Positions 48,254 through 58,771 of a stretch of 64,000 nucleotides of DNA are shown piece by piece. Every line of letters begins with the position of its first letter. The first letter of the stretch is position 1. A model generated the notes under the pieces. That model was given only the letters and a program-made list of their open reading frames with translations. It was not told the origin of the DNA and ran no database searches. This DNA comes from Spirochaetia bacterium (GTDB lineage: Bacteria; Spirochaetota; Spirochaetia; DSM-2461), in NCBI GenBank assembly GCA_963668315.1, contig OY764216.1:2752001-2816000 (forward strand), read 5' to 3'. The position numbers and the translations under genes are program-made.

Positions 48254-50519
48254 CTTTTAGACTTATGAGACCCGCCGAAATCCTGCCTCCTTCCTCCCGC
48301 CTTCCCGCCATGGGCGTTTCTGCCTGGACTCTTCCCCCCTCCTTAAGGGGAGTTATGGTCAGTACGAGGGGATGGGATGAGAGGGAAGACTCAAACTCCT
48401 TAAGGCCGATGGTCCAGGGGGCTCCGTTGGCAAAGTTGTCCGCCACCATTCTGCCGTTGATGAAGGCATGGGCGATATCCCCGGTATATTCCGCCTCAAG
48501 AAGAATCTCCTTGGCTCCTTCGGGAAGGGGGGGGAGTGTCACCCTATAGCGGAACGGGCCGGTTTCCTCCCACTCCGGAGTGAAAGGAAGAGGTTCCGCT
48601 TCCATAAGGCACTCATCCCATCCCTCCCTCTCCCCTTTGAAGGAGAACCGGTCCGAGGAGAGGGCTCCGGAGGGAAATACCTTGAGGGAACAGGACGGCT
48701 CGCAGGATTCCACTCTCATCTCCCTTCCGTCGAAAAGAAGAGCTCCGCCGGTCATCACGGCCGTCCGGCCCTCCGGTGTATCCAGCAGGTAGAACCTGAG
48801 ACTCTCTTCCCGGGTCAGAGTTATCACGGTCAGTTCATTCCCCTGATACCGGACCGTAAAGGGAGACCGGAAGCCGGGACTGACGGTCAGGGCGGCTCCT
48901 TCCTGTCCGGCGCCGCCGTCCGTCTCTCCGGCCGGGGAGACCCCCGGGGCGAAGGTGTAGCCGGGAGTCATTCCTTCGGGACAGAAAAAGAAGGCGTATT
49001 TCCGGCCGTCCCGTTCCAGCAAGCCCGCCGGCTGCGCCAGGGCGTGTTCGAAAGGGATGCCTCCCCATACGAAATGAAAGGGCAGAATGACATTTTCTCC
49101 CGCTTTGAGGCCGATCCCCTTCCACTCTATCCGCTTGTCTGGGAGGATAAGGCTTAGGTCTATCTCGCTTTTATCCGTCATCGGGGCATGGTCCTGATAA
49201 TTATTGATAAGGAGGAATCCCCCTTCTCCGGGATTGTATCTCACGGCATAGCGGAGGGGGAGGGGATCTTCGGGCTGGATCATCCGGGCGTCACGGGGGA
49301 GTACGGTTCGGCTGCGGCAGAGGATATCGGCGAATTCCCCTATCAGATAATGGTGCAGGCGAAGGCGGTGGTAGGAGGGACGGAGCTGACCGTATTCGCC
49401 GATGGCCGCCTGGTAGTCGTAGGAGAGCTTGGGAACCTGTCCCTCGTTAAGGAAGGGAACGGTTTTTCCCGTCGGATTGGTGCCCCCGTGATACATATAG
49501 TAGCCCAGCATGTTGCAGCCGCTTCCTATTTTTATATTGGCCATGGCATCCACGCTTTCATAGGGCAGCTGGAAACGGTAGTAATAGCAGCAGGTCATTC
49601 CTCCGCCCATCTCACAGCACAGATAGGGCCGGCTTTCCGGTTCATAGGCGGGCTCGAAGTTATAGGTGGCGGGGATGGCGTTATTATGATTGTCCCGGTA
49701 GATATACTCCTCCGTGGCGGGGTGCTCCCCCCGGTGGGAATAGAAGATCCAGGGCCGGAAGGCGTAGCCTCCCCAGAGGGGCATCAGCTTATCGGGAGTC
49801 GCGGCTCCTCCCCAGCCTGTGCAGGTGTAGAAGGGCAGGTCAATGCCGGTCTTCCGGGCCAGGTCCAGAAGGGCCAGCATGTAGGCATCCCCCTCTGTCC
49901 CTGTTCCCATCCACTCGTTTGACACGCCGGTGGTCATCTCCCAGGGGGCGGCGGAGTGCATATATTCGTTATCCAGCTGCGCGGCGATGATAGGGCCTCC
50001 CTGGGAGAAATAGTAACCCTCCAGCTGCTCATGGATCTTCCTATAGAGCCGGGCGACGCATTCCATAAAGCCTTTCCCGGTGGAACGTATCTCGAAGGGC
50101 TGGCCGTACAGCCAGTCGGGAAAGCCCCCGTTGCGTACCTCCCCATGGTTAAAAGGACCGATTCTCACGATGACAAGGAAGCCCGATTCGGCGCAGAGCT
50201 TTATGAAATCCCGTAAATTCCTTCTGCCGGAAAAATCAAAAACTCCTTCCGTCTCCTCATGGTGATTCCAGAACACATAGGTGGAAACGATATTAATCCC
50301 TCCCGCCTTCATCTTAAGCAGTTCGTCCCGCCAGGCGTCCGGACGGTAACGGGAATAGTGGAACTCACCGCTTATGCCGTAGAAGGGCCGGCCTTCCCGT
50401 TCCATATAGTAATTGGTGAAAGAGAGTCTTCCGTCTGCAGGGGAGATCCCCTCAAAATCCGGGCCCAGGGGATAAACCTTTTTGGGCGATACTTCCCGTA
50501 AATCCATAATTTCCTTCAT
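48225..50519 (-). CDS. Beta-galactosidase, GH35
   Basis: SGEFHYSR, STYVFWNHHE, QLDNEY, CEMGGG, YYMYHGGTN, SYDYQA. Confidence 0.9.
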   Translation of the reverse strand: MKEIMDLREVSPKKVYPLGPDFEGISPADGRLSFTNYYMEREGRPFYGISGEFHYSRYRPDAWRDELLKMKAGGINIVSTYVFWNHHEETEGVFDFSGRRNLRDFIKLCAESGFLVIVRIGPFNHGEVRNGGFPDWLYGQPFEIRSTGKGFMECVARLYRKIHEQLEGYYFSQGGPIIAAQLDNEYMHSAAPWEMTTGVSNEWMGTGTEGDAYMLALLDLARKTGIDLPFYTCTGWGGAATPDKLMPLWGGYAFRPWIFYSHRGEHPATEEYIYRDNHNNAIPATYNFEPAYEPESRPYLCCEMGGGMTCCYYYRFQLPYESVDAMANIKIGSGCNMLGYYMYHGGTNPTGKTVPFLNEGQVPKLSYDYQAAIGEYGQLRPSYHRLRLHHYLIGEFADILCRSRTVLPRDARMIQPEDPLPLRYAVRYNPGEGGFLLINNYQDHAPMTDKSEIDLSLILPDKRIEWKGIGLKAGENVILPFHFVWGGIPFEHALAQPAGLLERDGRKYAFFFCPEGMTPGYTFAPGVSPAGETDGGAGQEGAALTVSPGFRSPFTVRYQGNELTVITLTREESLRFYLLDTPEGRTAVMTGGALLFDGREMRVESCEPSCSLKVFPSGALSSDRFSFKGEREGWDECLMEAEPLPFTPEWEETGPFRYRVTLPPLPEGAKEILLEAEYTGDIAHAFINGRMVADNFANGAPWTIGLKEFESSLSSHPLVLTITPLKEGGRVQAETPMAGRREEGGRISAGLISLKARIVYEWRL

Positions 50520-50544
50520 AAAATCCCTCTTTTTATCTCTTCCT

Positions 50545-51369
50545 TTATATTCCGAAAAGTTCCGAGGCGTTTCTCCCCAGAATCAGTTCTTCCTCCCCGC
50601 TGCTCAGCCCCAGGGAGAGAATGAAATCCCTCTCTTTCACAGGGCTGTGCCAGGGGGCATCGCTTCCGAAGAGGATTCGTTCCGCCCCCATCTTGCGGAT
50701 AATCCGCCGAGCCTGACCGGAGGATATGTTATCGTAAAGCATGGCCGTGTCGAGAAAAAGACCGGCCGAGGGGGAAAGCTCCCTTTCCACTTCATCCCAC
50801 CGGTTCATACCTCCCAGATGGGACAGGACTGTCTTCAATCCGGGAAAGTCTCTCCTCATCCGGGAAGCCCCCGCCGGCGTACAATGGCAGATATCCGGTG
50901 AGAGGGGATCGAAGCCGGCATGGAAGACAATCGTCAGATTCAGGCTGCGGCAGAGATCGTAGACGGGATAAAGCTTCGGGTCGTCAATATGAAAATTCTG
51001 ATAGTCCGGATGGAGTTTAATCCCCGGGACGCCGCCTTCCTTCAGCCTTTCCAGCTCACTGAGTGCCTCGGGACTGTCGGGATGTACCGAACCCAGAGCG
51101 GTCGTATTGTCCCTGCGGCTGTTATTAAGAAGAGCCGCGTCGTAGATGGACCGTTCCTGACTGGCTTTGGTCGCAATATTCAGAAGAACGCAGTGGTCCG
51201 TACCCCACCGGGACAGGGAGGATTTCAATCCTTCCTCCGTCCCGTCATGATAGAGGGGCACTTCCCGCGGGTCGCACCGGAGATGGCGGGCCATGGTTGT
51301 CTTCAGACTGGTCAGAGCCCTTTCGGCGACGGCAGGGGGGAATATATGGCAGTGACTGTCTATCAGCAT
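50545..51369 (-). CDS. Amidohydrolase family protein (Amidohydro_2)
   Basis: IDSHCH, GIKLHP, FHAG, SHLGG, LFGSDAPW. Confidence 0.88.
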   Translation of the reverse strand: MLIDSHCHIFPPAVAERALTSLKTTMARHLRCDPREVPLYHDGTEEGLKSSLSRWGTDHCVLLNIATKASQERSIYDAALLNNSRRDNTTALGSVHPDSPEALSELERLKEGGVPGIKLHPDYQNFHIDDPKLYPVYDLCRSLNLTIVFHAGFDPLSPDICHCTPAGASRMRRDFPGLKTVLSHLGGMNRWDEVERELSPSAGLFLDTAMLYDNISSGQARRIIRKMGAERILFGSDAPWHSPVKERDFILSLGLSSGEEELILGRNASELFGI

Positions 51370-51528
51370 GGATTCTCCTGTGAAGTCCTCTTTAGGAAAG
51401 CTGTCCCGGTATTATACCCCACAAAGAAAAAAGGTGGTAGGAATTATTTCCCCCTCCCGGGGCGGATGGGAAACAGGAAAAAGCCGGCCGTTTATGCTAC
51501 ACTTAAGGAACACAAAGGAGTATATGCC

Positions 51529-52569
51529 ATGAGAATTGCCTTTTTTGACACGAAACCCTATGACGAAGACTCTTTTCGAAGGGAAAACAGGGATTTTGGA
51601 TTTGATATAACTTTTTTTAATATGAAACTGCACCGTGATACGGCTGTGCTGGCCCGGGATTACGATGTGGTATGCGTTTTCGTAAATGACAGAATTGACG
51701 AAGATGTGCTGGATCTTCTGGTACAGGGAAAAACGCGGCTCATTGCCCTGAGGTGCGCAGGATACAATAATGTGGACCTTAAGTATGCCTACGGGAAAAT
51801 CCACGTGGTTCACGTCCCCGCCTACTCGCCCTACGCTGTGGCGGAACATGCCGCGGCCCTGCTGCTGACCCTGAACAGAAAGACCCACCGGGCCCATCTG
51901 CGGACCAGGGAGATGAATTTCACCCTTAACGGACTGACGGGAATGGACCTGTACGGGAAAACCGCCGGGGTTATCGGCATGGGAAAAATCGGGGAAAGGA
52001 TGGTCTCCATTCTCTCCGGTTTCGGGATGAAGATTCTGGCCTATGACAAATTCCCCCGAAAGGAGCTCGAAGAGAAGTATCCCCTTTCCTATGCCACTCT
52101 GGAAGAGCTGTACAGAAATTCCGATGTTATTACCCTTCATTGTCCCCTGACCCCGGAGACGGTTCATCTTATCAGCTCGGAAGCCATTGAAATGATGAAG
52201 GACGGTGTGTTCCTCATTAATACAAGCCGGGGAAAACTGATTAATACAAAGGCTCTTATCGGCGGTCTGAAAAGCAGAAAAATCGGAGCCGCCGGATTGG
52301 ATGTGTACGAAGAGGAGTCGGAGTACTTTTTTGAGGACTACAGCAACCAGGTGATTTCCGACGATAATCTGGCCAGACTGCTCACCTTTCCCAACGTACT
52401 CATCACCTCCCATCAGGGGTTTCTCACCCAGGAGGCTCTGGACAGCATCGCCGGAACCACCCTGGCGAATATCCGCGACTTTACCGAGGAGAAAGATCTC
52501 CCCAATGAGATCTGCTACCAGTGCGGAAGGGAGGAGTGCCGGAAATCCAGGGAGGGCAGGTGCTTCTGA
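51529..52569 (+). CDS. ldhA: D-lactate dehydrogenase (NAD-dependent)
   Basis: MRIAFFDTKPYD, ALRCAGYNNVD, VPAYSPYAVAEH, TSHQGFLT; RBS AAGGAG. Confidence 0.88.
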   Translation: MRIAFFDTKPYDEDSFRRENRDFGFDITFFNMKLHRDTAVLARDYDVVCVFVNDRIDEDVLDLLVQGKTRLIALRCAGYNNVDLKYAYGKIHVVHVPAYSPYAVAEHAAALLLTLNRKTHRAHLRTREMNFTLNGLTGMDLYGKTAGVIGMGKIGERMVSILSGFGMKILAYDKFPRKELEEKYPLSYATLEELYRNSDVITLHCPLTPETVHLISSEAIEMMKDGVFLINTSRGKLINTKALIGGLKSRKIGAAGLDVYEEESEYFFEDYSNQVISDDNLARLLTFPNVLITSHQGFLTQEALDSIAGTTLANIRDFTEEKDLPNEICYQCGREECRKSREGRCF

Positions 52570-52670
52570 GTCAGGGGGATTTCTCCGAATAGCGGACGAA
52601 GTAAGGGAACGGCTGTTCTGTTTTTCGTCCCTTTCCGGAAATTCCGTCCTTGGCGCAGTATATTTCTTCC

Positions 52671-53729
52671 ATGAAATATACTGCCCTGCTTTTAACCCTT
52701 TCCCTAATCTGGCTGACCACCGGCTGCGGGTACCTTTTTCTCGATGACCCGCAAAGTTCCGGGACGGATCTTTCCTCCGCCGGTCCCGAAGACTCTTCCG
52801 TTCCGAACCATGTCATAGGGACGGGAACCCCGGAAAGCTGTACGGCCCGGGATTTTCTTGATGCCGTCGCGCAGGGGGGTGTCATCACCTTCAACGGGGG
52901 AACGGAACCATTTACCCTTACCCTCGATTCTCAGGCCGAAGTTCACAATGACGGTCTTCCGGATGTGGTCATAGACGGAGGGGGACTTGTCACCCTCAGC
53001 GGAGGGGATACCACGAGAATCCTCTATATGAATACCTGCGATCCCCGGCTCACATGGACCACATCCCACGGTGATAATCAGGACCACCCCAGGCTCACCG
53101 TCCAGAATCTCACCTTCGCCCATGGCAACTCCTCTGCAGACGAGGCGTACAGCGGGGGCGGGGCTATCTGGGCCCGGGGAGGACGTTTCAAGGCGGTGAA
53201 CTGTACCTTTGTCGGTAACAGGGCCGAATCGGAAGGGCCCGATACGGGGGGCGGGGCCATCAGGGTGTTCGACCAGTACGAGGATCTTCCCGTCTATATC
53301 AACGGCTGCACCTTCGGCGGGGGAGAGAACAAGGGGAACAGCGCCTCTAACGGCGGGGCCCTTTCAAGCATCGGGGTCTCCTGGACTATCATCGATTCCC
53401 TTTTCTCCTATAACCTTGCCACCGGGAGAGGCGGGAATCCCGCCGAAGAGGGCACTCCGGGCGGCGGGAGCGGCGGGGCCATATACAACGACGGCAACGA
53501 AATGACATTGACCATAAGGAATTCGATAATAGAAGAGAATAGCGTCAACGCCTACGGAAGCGCTCTGTTCTTTGTCTCCAACAACCATACGGGAAATATC
53601 GTTATTGAGTCGAGCCGTATTTCCTCCAATCACGGCGGCTCCTGGTATCCCAGGTACGAAGGGATTTCCATGCACAGCGACACCCCCCTTTCTGTGACCG
53701 ATTCGGTGATAGAGAATAACAGAAACTGA
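52671..53729 (+). CDS. Putative lipoprotein with a right-handed beta-helix (GGA[IL] repeats)
   Basis: Signal peptide with TTGC; repeated GGGAIW/GGGAIR/GGAL/GGAIY and FxxN motifs. Confidence 0.65.
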   Translation: MKYTALLLTLSLIWLTTGCGYLFLDDPQSSGTDLSSAGPEDSSVPNHVIGTGTPESCTARDFLDAVAQGGVITFNGGTEPFTLTLDSQAEVHNDGLPDVVIDGGGLVTLSGGDTTRILYMNTCDPRLTWTTSHGDNQDHPRLTVQNLTFAHGNSSADEAYSGGGAIWARGGRFKAVNCTFVGNRAESEGPDTGGGAIRVFDQYEDLPVYINGCTFGGGENKGNSASNGGALSSIGVSWTIIDSLFSYNLATGRGGNPAEEGTPGGGSGGAIYNDGNEMTLTIRNSIIEENSVNAYGSALFFVSNNHTGNIVIESSRISSNHGGSWYPRYEGISMHSDTPLSVTDSVIENNRN

Positions 53730-53800
53730 GTGTTTCCCCCTTCCCCCGGGGATTTGAAAAATACTCCTTTGCTGCTATTATTGTATGAAAAGGAGAACAT

Positions 53801-54103
53801 ATGATTTATCTGAGTGTGTCAATGATTATCAAAGAGGGAAGGATGGATGATTTTCTGGAAGTCTGCCGTGAAATCCGGCCTCTGGTCCTGGCCGAGGAGG
53901 GCTGTCTTATGTACGATCATACCCGTGATCTTGATGCGAACGGCGAAGACTACAACGAAAGGCGCATTACCCTTTATGAGAAATGGTCCGGTCAGGATGC
54001 CCTGGATGCCCACCTTAAAACCGGTCATATGGCCCGGTTCTCCGAAGCTGTGGCGGATATGAGGGAAAAGGTGACCGTTCACAGAAGTACCGAAGCCTAT
54101 TAG
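53801..54103 (+). CDS. ABM domain protein (putative quinol monooxygenase)
   Basis: EEGCLMY, YEKW...ALDAHL..H; RBS AAGGAG. Confidence 0.85.
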   Translation: MIYLSVSMIIKEGRMDDFLEVCREIRPLVLAEEGCLMYDHTRDLDANGEDYNERRITLYEKWSGQDALDAHLKTGHMARFSEAVADMREKVTVHRSTEAY

Positions 54104-54163
54104 TCACGGCGATAATCCGGCCACGCGACAGGTCATCCCCATAGAAGATCGTGATGAAATAAA

Positions 54164-54200
54164 TTGACATAATCCCTTATGTGAATAACAATTTACATAA
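54164..54200 (+). promoter_or_regulatory. Promoter of the MCP gene with an overlapping palindrome
   Basis: TTGACA-17-AACAAT; inverted repeat TTATGTGAAT-AACA-ATTTACATAA (54177-54200). Confidence 0.55.
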
Positions 54201-54221
54201 ATACCCCCGGGAGTTGGTGTC

Positions 54222-56327
54222 ATGATAACTAAACAGTTCGGATTAAGAATACAGATCGTTCTCGTCACATCCCTTCTGGTCGCTTTCATAGCCGGAAGCA
54301 GCGCCTATAATATTATTAAGGCTAACCAGATGAGAAAGAGCTATCAGAATGTCATGGAGGGCGTCGTCGCCAGGAAATCCAATCTGCTCGCTCTGGATGC
54401 CGAATTGAACAGAACATTGCTTCTGGAACTGGAATTCAGCAGCAATCTGGATGACCGGTTCCATGAACTGGCCATGGACTCCTATGGCGAGAGCCGCAAC
54501 ATTCTGGCCCGGCTGGAAGAAATGGAGCGGAATTCTACCGGCTCCGGAGACCTGGAAAGGGTGAAATCCCTCGAGAATTACCTCTCCCGGATGGGTGAGC
54601 TTGTCGTTTCCATACGTGACAGAACCGTGACAAAGGGACTGACCCAGGATGTGGGATTGAGAGGGGCCTTCCGTGACGCCGCCCATGATCTGGAGGCCGT
54701 CATTGAGGAGCATAGCGATGATGCCATGATGGTGGCCTATCTTATGCTCAGGAGACATGAGAAGGACTATCTCCTCCGGCTCGATAAGAAGTATGTCGCA
54801 AAGAATCATGATGCGGTGCTTGAGCTTGATCGCCTGATAGAGAGCAGGTACGGTTCGTCAGGAATCAGCCTCTCCCTCCGGAATATCCTGGAACAGTACC
54901 AGACGGATTTCGGAAAACTGATTCAGATTAATGACGAGCTGATGGAGCTGAATGATCAGAGGGATACTCTTCTTGTCGATATAGAAAGGGAGATAGACTC
55001 CTTTCTGGAAGATGTGGAGAATCAGCAGAATCTCGAATTCAGTTTTATCCTGGAAAATATATCCCGGACCCGGCTCCTCACCCTCCTCGTTTCGGGACTG
55101 GCTGTGCTGGCGGCCCTTTTCATGACTCTGGCTCTGGTCCTGCGCATCAGCAGGCCTATGACGCTGGCCCTTGAGAGTGCCGACTGCCTGGCGCGGGGGG
55201 ATTTGACCCATGAAGGGAGCTACAGGCGAAACGATGAGATGGGGGATATCATCGGAGCTATCAACTCCGCCTCCCAGGCCCTTGCCGTCCTCATGAGGGA
55301 ATCGGTTTCCGTTGTCCGGGAAGGCAGGAAAACCAGCGAGTATCTGGCTTCGGGCAGCGAAGAGACCCAGACGGCCATTGTGGAAATTCAGGCCAATCTC
55401 TCTTCCCTGAAGGACATGGGGGTGACCCTTTCCGAGATAAGCGGTAAGACCCTGGGGGCCACGGAGAAAATCAACGGCGGCGTCAATCAGCTTGATGCCA
55501 TGATCGACAGCCTCAGTTCCGGGATCGGGGACACGACATCCGCCATTGAGCAGATGATCGCCAATATCAGAAATGTCAGCGATATCTCAGGTAAGAAGGA
55601 GTCAACCATCACGGAACTGCTGGAAACTGCCCGGGCAAGCGGGGAGGATATCAGAAGAACGGGGGTTCTGACGGAGGAAATATCCGGCCTCGCCCAGGAG
55701 ATAAGCAAAATAATCGGTGTCATCAACGGAATTGCCGCACGGACAAATCTTCTGGCCATGAACGCGGCAATCGAAGCGGCCCATGCCGGCAATGCCGGGC
55801 GGGGATTCGCCGTTGTGGCCGATGAAATCCGCAAACTGGCTGAATCGTCGGGAACAAATGCGTCTCAGATCGGCCAGATGCTGGGGAATATCACAGACCG
55901 GATCGGCCTGGTCGCCCGCTCCTCCCAAAGCAGTACGGCCGGTTTCGACCGCATTGTGGACGCCATTCAGAGTTTTACCTACTCCTTTTCAGAGATAGTC
56001 GGCTCCATGGATGAAATGGCGGCCGGTTCGACCCATGTCCTTGAAGCATCACAGCATATGAAGGATGAGCTCGAAGCGGTTTCAGGCATGGCCGGCGAAA
56101 TCTCCGGGGAGACCGGAGCCATACATACCGAATCGGAAAATATGAACGGGCAGATACTCAGTCTGGCCCGGGGAATTGAAGAGATATCCCTGGCTCTCAC
56201 AGATATAATGAACAGCTCCCGTACCGTGGCCGACTCCGCCAGGGACAGCAGGGAGCAGATGGAAAAGCTTCATGGAAAGATTCTCCACTTCAGGATCGAT
56301 GAAGAGTCTTCCCGGGACGACCTTTAA
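54222..56327 (+). CDS. Methyl-accepting chemotaxis protein
   Basis: Two TM helices, helical periplasmic domain (LRRHEKDY), HAMP, hairpin tip [33 protein letters not shown]. Confidence 0.95.
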   Translation: MITKQFGLRIQIVLVTSLLVAFIAGSSAYNIIKANQMRKSYQNVMEGVVARKSNLLALDAELNRTLLLELEFSSNLDDRFHELAMDSYGESRNILARLEEMERNSTGSGDLERVKSLENYLSRMGELVVSIRDRTVTKGLTQDVGLRGAFRDAAHDLEAVIEEHSDDAMMVAYLMLRRHEKDYLLRLDKKYVAKNHDAVLELDRLIESRYGSSGISLSLRNILEQYQTDFGKLIQINDELMELNDQRDTLLVDIEREIDSFLEDVENQQNLEFSFILENISRTRLLTLLVSGLAVLAALFMTLALVLRISRPMTLALESADCLARGDLTHEGSYRRNDEMGDIIGAINSASQALAVLMRESVSVVREGRKTSEYLASGSEETQTAIVEIQANLSSLKDMGVTLSEISGKTLGATEKINGGVNQLDAMIDSLSSGIGDTTSAIEQMIANIRNVSDISGKKESTITELLETARASGEDIRRTGVLTEEISGLAQEISKIIGVINGIAARTNLLAMNAAIEAAHAGNAGRGFAVVADEIRKLAESSGTNASQIGQMLGNITDRIGLVARSSQSSTAGFDRIVDAIQSFTYSFSEIVGSMDEMAAGSTHVLEASQHMKDELEAVSGMAGEISGETGAIHTESENMNGQILSLARGIEEISLALTDIMNSSRTVADSARDSREQMEKLHGKILHFRIDEESSRDDL

Positions 56328-56567
56328 GAGCCGGGAGCAACTTACGCGTTCTTGATATCCTCAAAGCCTCCCGGTTTTTCTTTTTCCCCTGGCAGATGTG
56401 ACATTCTGTGCATTATTTTGATAAGTGGGGTATAAAAAATTTGCAATTACTCTTCCCGTAAACAATACTTTAATAGGGATATCTTTGTTCGCAAATGATA
56501 TCTTTCCGTGATTGAAAACTTATCATTCCGGCAGATGGCGGAAAAAGTCATTTAGGAGTTGAGTTGT

Positions 56568-57368
56568 ATGGAAAAAAGAGGACATGCCGATTTAGGCGAT
56601 GAACAGTCGTCGATAGTCTTGAATCAGATTCCCACGCCGGTAATGGCCGTGGACAGGGATATGAATATCATTTTTCTGAATAATTCCGGATGCCGGTTCC
56701 TGGGGAAAAAATGGGAAGAGGTAAGGGGCTGCAAATGCTACGATATCGCCCGTACTGAACACTGCAATACGAAGAACTGCCGGATGACTCAGGTCATGGA
56801 GGGAGGGGAGTCGCTTACCGTGAGGAACTCCCTCAGCATAAACGGCCAGATGGTCCCCGTGGAATATACCACCGATGCCCTGAAGGATGAGGAGGGGCAT
56901 ATCATCGGCGGACTTGAATACATAATCGATATCACGGAGAAAGTCCGGCAGGAGAAAAAACTGAAGGAGCAGAGCCGTACGATTCTGGAGATATCCACAC
57001 CCGTCATCAAACTATGGGAAAAAATCCTTATTCTGCCCATCGTAGGGGTGGTCGACTCTTTCCGGGCCCAGCAGATGATGGATTCCATGCTCACCAAGCT
57101 CAAGGATACCGGTTCCAAAATAATCATACTTGATATTCAGGGCGTGGCTGCCGTAGACACAGCTGTCGCGAATCATCTGATAAAAATCGCCAAGGCGACC
57201 CGCCTGATGGGCTGCCGTTGCATCATCTCGGGAATATCCCCTTCCGTCGCTCAGACCCTGGTGCAGCTGGGAATAGATATGGGTTCCATAATAACCAATT
57301 CCGACCTGCAGGAAGCCCTTGCCGATGCTTTCCAGATGCTCCATTACCGTGTGAGTAAGAGTGAATAA
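56568..57368 (+). CDS. rsbR: Stressosome RsbR-like protein (PAS-STAS)
   Basis: PAS domain, then EISTPVI, LPIVGVVDS.RA, VDTAVANHL, ISGISP.VAQTLV; ATG after AGGAG. Confidence 0.9.
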   Translation: MEKRGHADLGDEQSSIVLNQIPTPVMAVDRDMNIIFLNNSGCRFLGKKWEEVRGCKCYDIARTEHCNTKNCRMTQVMEGGESLTVRNSLSINGQMVPVEYTTDALKDEEGHIIGGLEYIIDITEKVRQEKKLKEQSRTILEISTPVIKLWEKILILPIVGVVDSFRAQQMMDSMLTKLKDTGSKIIILDIQGVAAVDTAVANHLIKIAKATRLMGCRCIISGISPSVAQTLVQLGIDMGSIITNSDLQEALADAFQMLHYRVSKSE

Positions 57369-57775
57369 TGGCTTCGTCCCTTTCCTCCGGTCCCCATGAT
57401 GATTACTCATCCTGCGGTATCTATGAGATGGACGGCTGCATGATCGTCCCTGTCCCGGGATTTATTCACCGCTCCCTTGTCGATGAGCTTAAAGCGCGGG
57501 TTCTGTCAGGTATAGATAAACAGCCGGTAAGGGGCATTATCATGGATATGTCTGCGGTCCCGGTGCTGGAGGGGCTTCTCTTCTCTCTTTTTTATGAGAT
57601 GGTGAAAATGATAGAGCTCATGGGTGTCAGAACGGTCTTTGTGGGATTTCAGCCCGGAGTGGCAGTGACCCTTGTTGATCTGGATGTGGATATCCACGAT
57701 ATAGTTACCGCCTTCGATCTTAAAGACGGAATGTCCCTGCTGGATGACCTGTCAGCGGAGATCTTTCATGAATGA
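57368..57775 (+). CDS. rsbS: Stressosome RsbS-like STAS protein (atypical)
   Basis: GIIMDMS, LMG..TVFVGFQPGVAVTLV, TAFDL; lies between rsbR and rsbT. Confidence 0.82.
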   Translation: MASSLSSGPHDDYSSCGIYEMDGCMIVPVPGFIHRSLVDELKARVLSGIDKQPVRGIIMDMSAVPVLEGLLFSLFYEMVKMIELMGVRTVFVGFQPGVAVTLVDLDVDIHDIVTAFDLKDGMSLLDDLSAEIFHE

Positions 57776-58184
57776 TCGGGAGCCCCGGGAACAATCCGTC
57801 GCCATAGACTGGCCCGGAGACAATGCCCATGCGGTCGTGGTGGCCAGAAAGGTTGCCGGAGACCTGGGGTTTCAGGCCGTTCCGGTAACCCTGATCGCTA
57901 CGGCCGTATCGGAGCTGACGACAAACATCATAAAATATGCCGGTAGGGGCATCATACACCTCCGTCCTATCCGCGAAAACGGAAGGACGGGAATTGAAAT
58001 CTCCGCAGAAGATTCCGGGCCGGGCATACCCGATCCTGAAAGTGCCATGAGGGAACAGTTTTCCACCGGGGGCAGTCTGGGACTGGGAATCCCGGCGGTG
58101 AAGAGAATCATGGACTCCTTTGAACTGACTACGATTGTCGGCAAGGGGACCTGCGTCACCGTTCGAAAGTGGAGAGAGGACTGA
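57768..58184 (+). CDS. rsbT: RsbT Ser/Thr kinase
   Basis: IATAVSELTTNIIKYA, DSGPGI, STGGSLGLGIPAVKRIMD. Confidence 0.92.
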   Translation: MNDREPREQSVAIDWPGDNAHAVVVARKVAGDLGFQAVPVTLIATAVSELTTNIIKYAGRGIIHLRPIRENGRTGIEISAEDSGPGIPDPESAMREQFSTGGSLGLGIPAVKRIMDSFELTTIVGKGTCVTVRKWRED

Positions 58185-58771
58185 TGGACGCCGTTGATTA
58201 CGCCCTGAGAAAGGAGGCTTTCATCGGCGGCGACGATGAATGCGGCGATACGGGGGTTATCCGGGAATATGAGGATAAGCTGCTTCTTGCTCTGGTTGAC
58301 GGTCTCGGCCATGGAGCAAAAGCCCACAGGGCGGCGGTCCTGGTGGAAGAGTACCTGGAAGAGCATTACCGTGAATCCCTGGAGAGCCTGCTCCTGGGCC
58401 TTCATGATAACCTGAAGGGATCGGTGGGTGCCGTCGCGGGTATCGGTCGCTTCCATCGTGATACGGGGGAGTTCAGCTACTGCGGCATAGGAAATATCCT
58501 GGTACGTCTCTATGGCAGTTTCGGCCGAACCTTTGTCTCCCGGGATGGTGTCCTGGGATTTAATATGCCCTCTCCCCGTACGGAGACCGTCCTCCTGGAA
58601 AGGGGGGATATCCTGGTCTTCACATCCGACGGCCTGTCCAGTCATATCAGCCGGGACGGGTATCAGAATCTTCTGAGGGGAACGGCGGGAGAGATTGCCG
58701 ATCGTTTTATGGAAAAATTCAGAAGGGAAGATGATGCCTCCTGCCTGGTTCTGAGGTATATGCCATGGTAA
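58184..58771 (+). CDS. rsbX: RsbX-like PP2C (SpoIIE) phosphatase
   Basis: ECGD, VDGLGHG, GIGNI, TSDG, DDAS. Confidence 0.88.
   Translation: MDAVDYALRKEAFIGGDDECGDTGVIREYEDKLLLALVDGLGHGAKAHRAAVLVEEYLEEHYRESLESLLLGLHDNLKGSVGAVAGIGRFHRDTGEFSYCGIGNILVRLYGSFGRTFVSRDGVLGFNMPSPRTETVLLERGDILVFTSDGLSSHISRDGYQNLLRGTAGEIADRFMEKFRREDDASCLVLRYMPW

Noticed and set aside
50920..51528. Apparent 203-aa N-terminal extension of ldhA
   Set aside because: Overlaps the opposite-strand amidohydrolase; RBS and family N-terminus place the start at 51529
56329..56385. CAAAGCCTCCCGG resembles part of a c-di-GMP-I riboswitch, upstream of a c-di-GMP-related operon
   Set aside because: The GGCAAAC..GAAA..GGACGCAAA core is missing; better explained as GCCGGGAG/CTCCCGGT plus a T-run terminating the MCP gene
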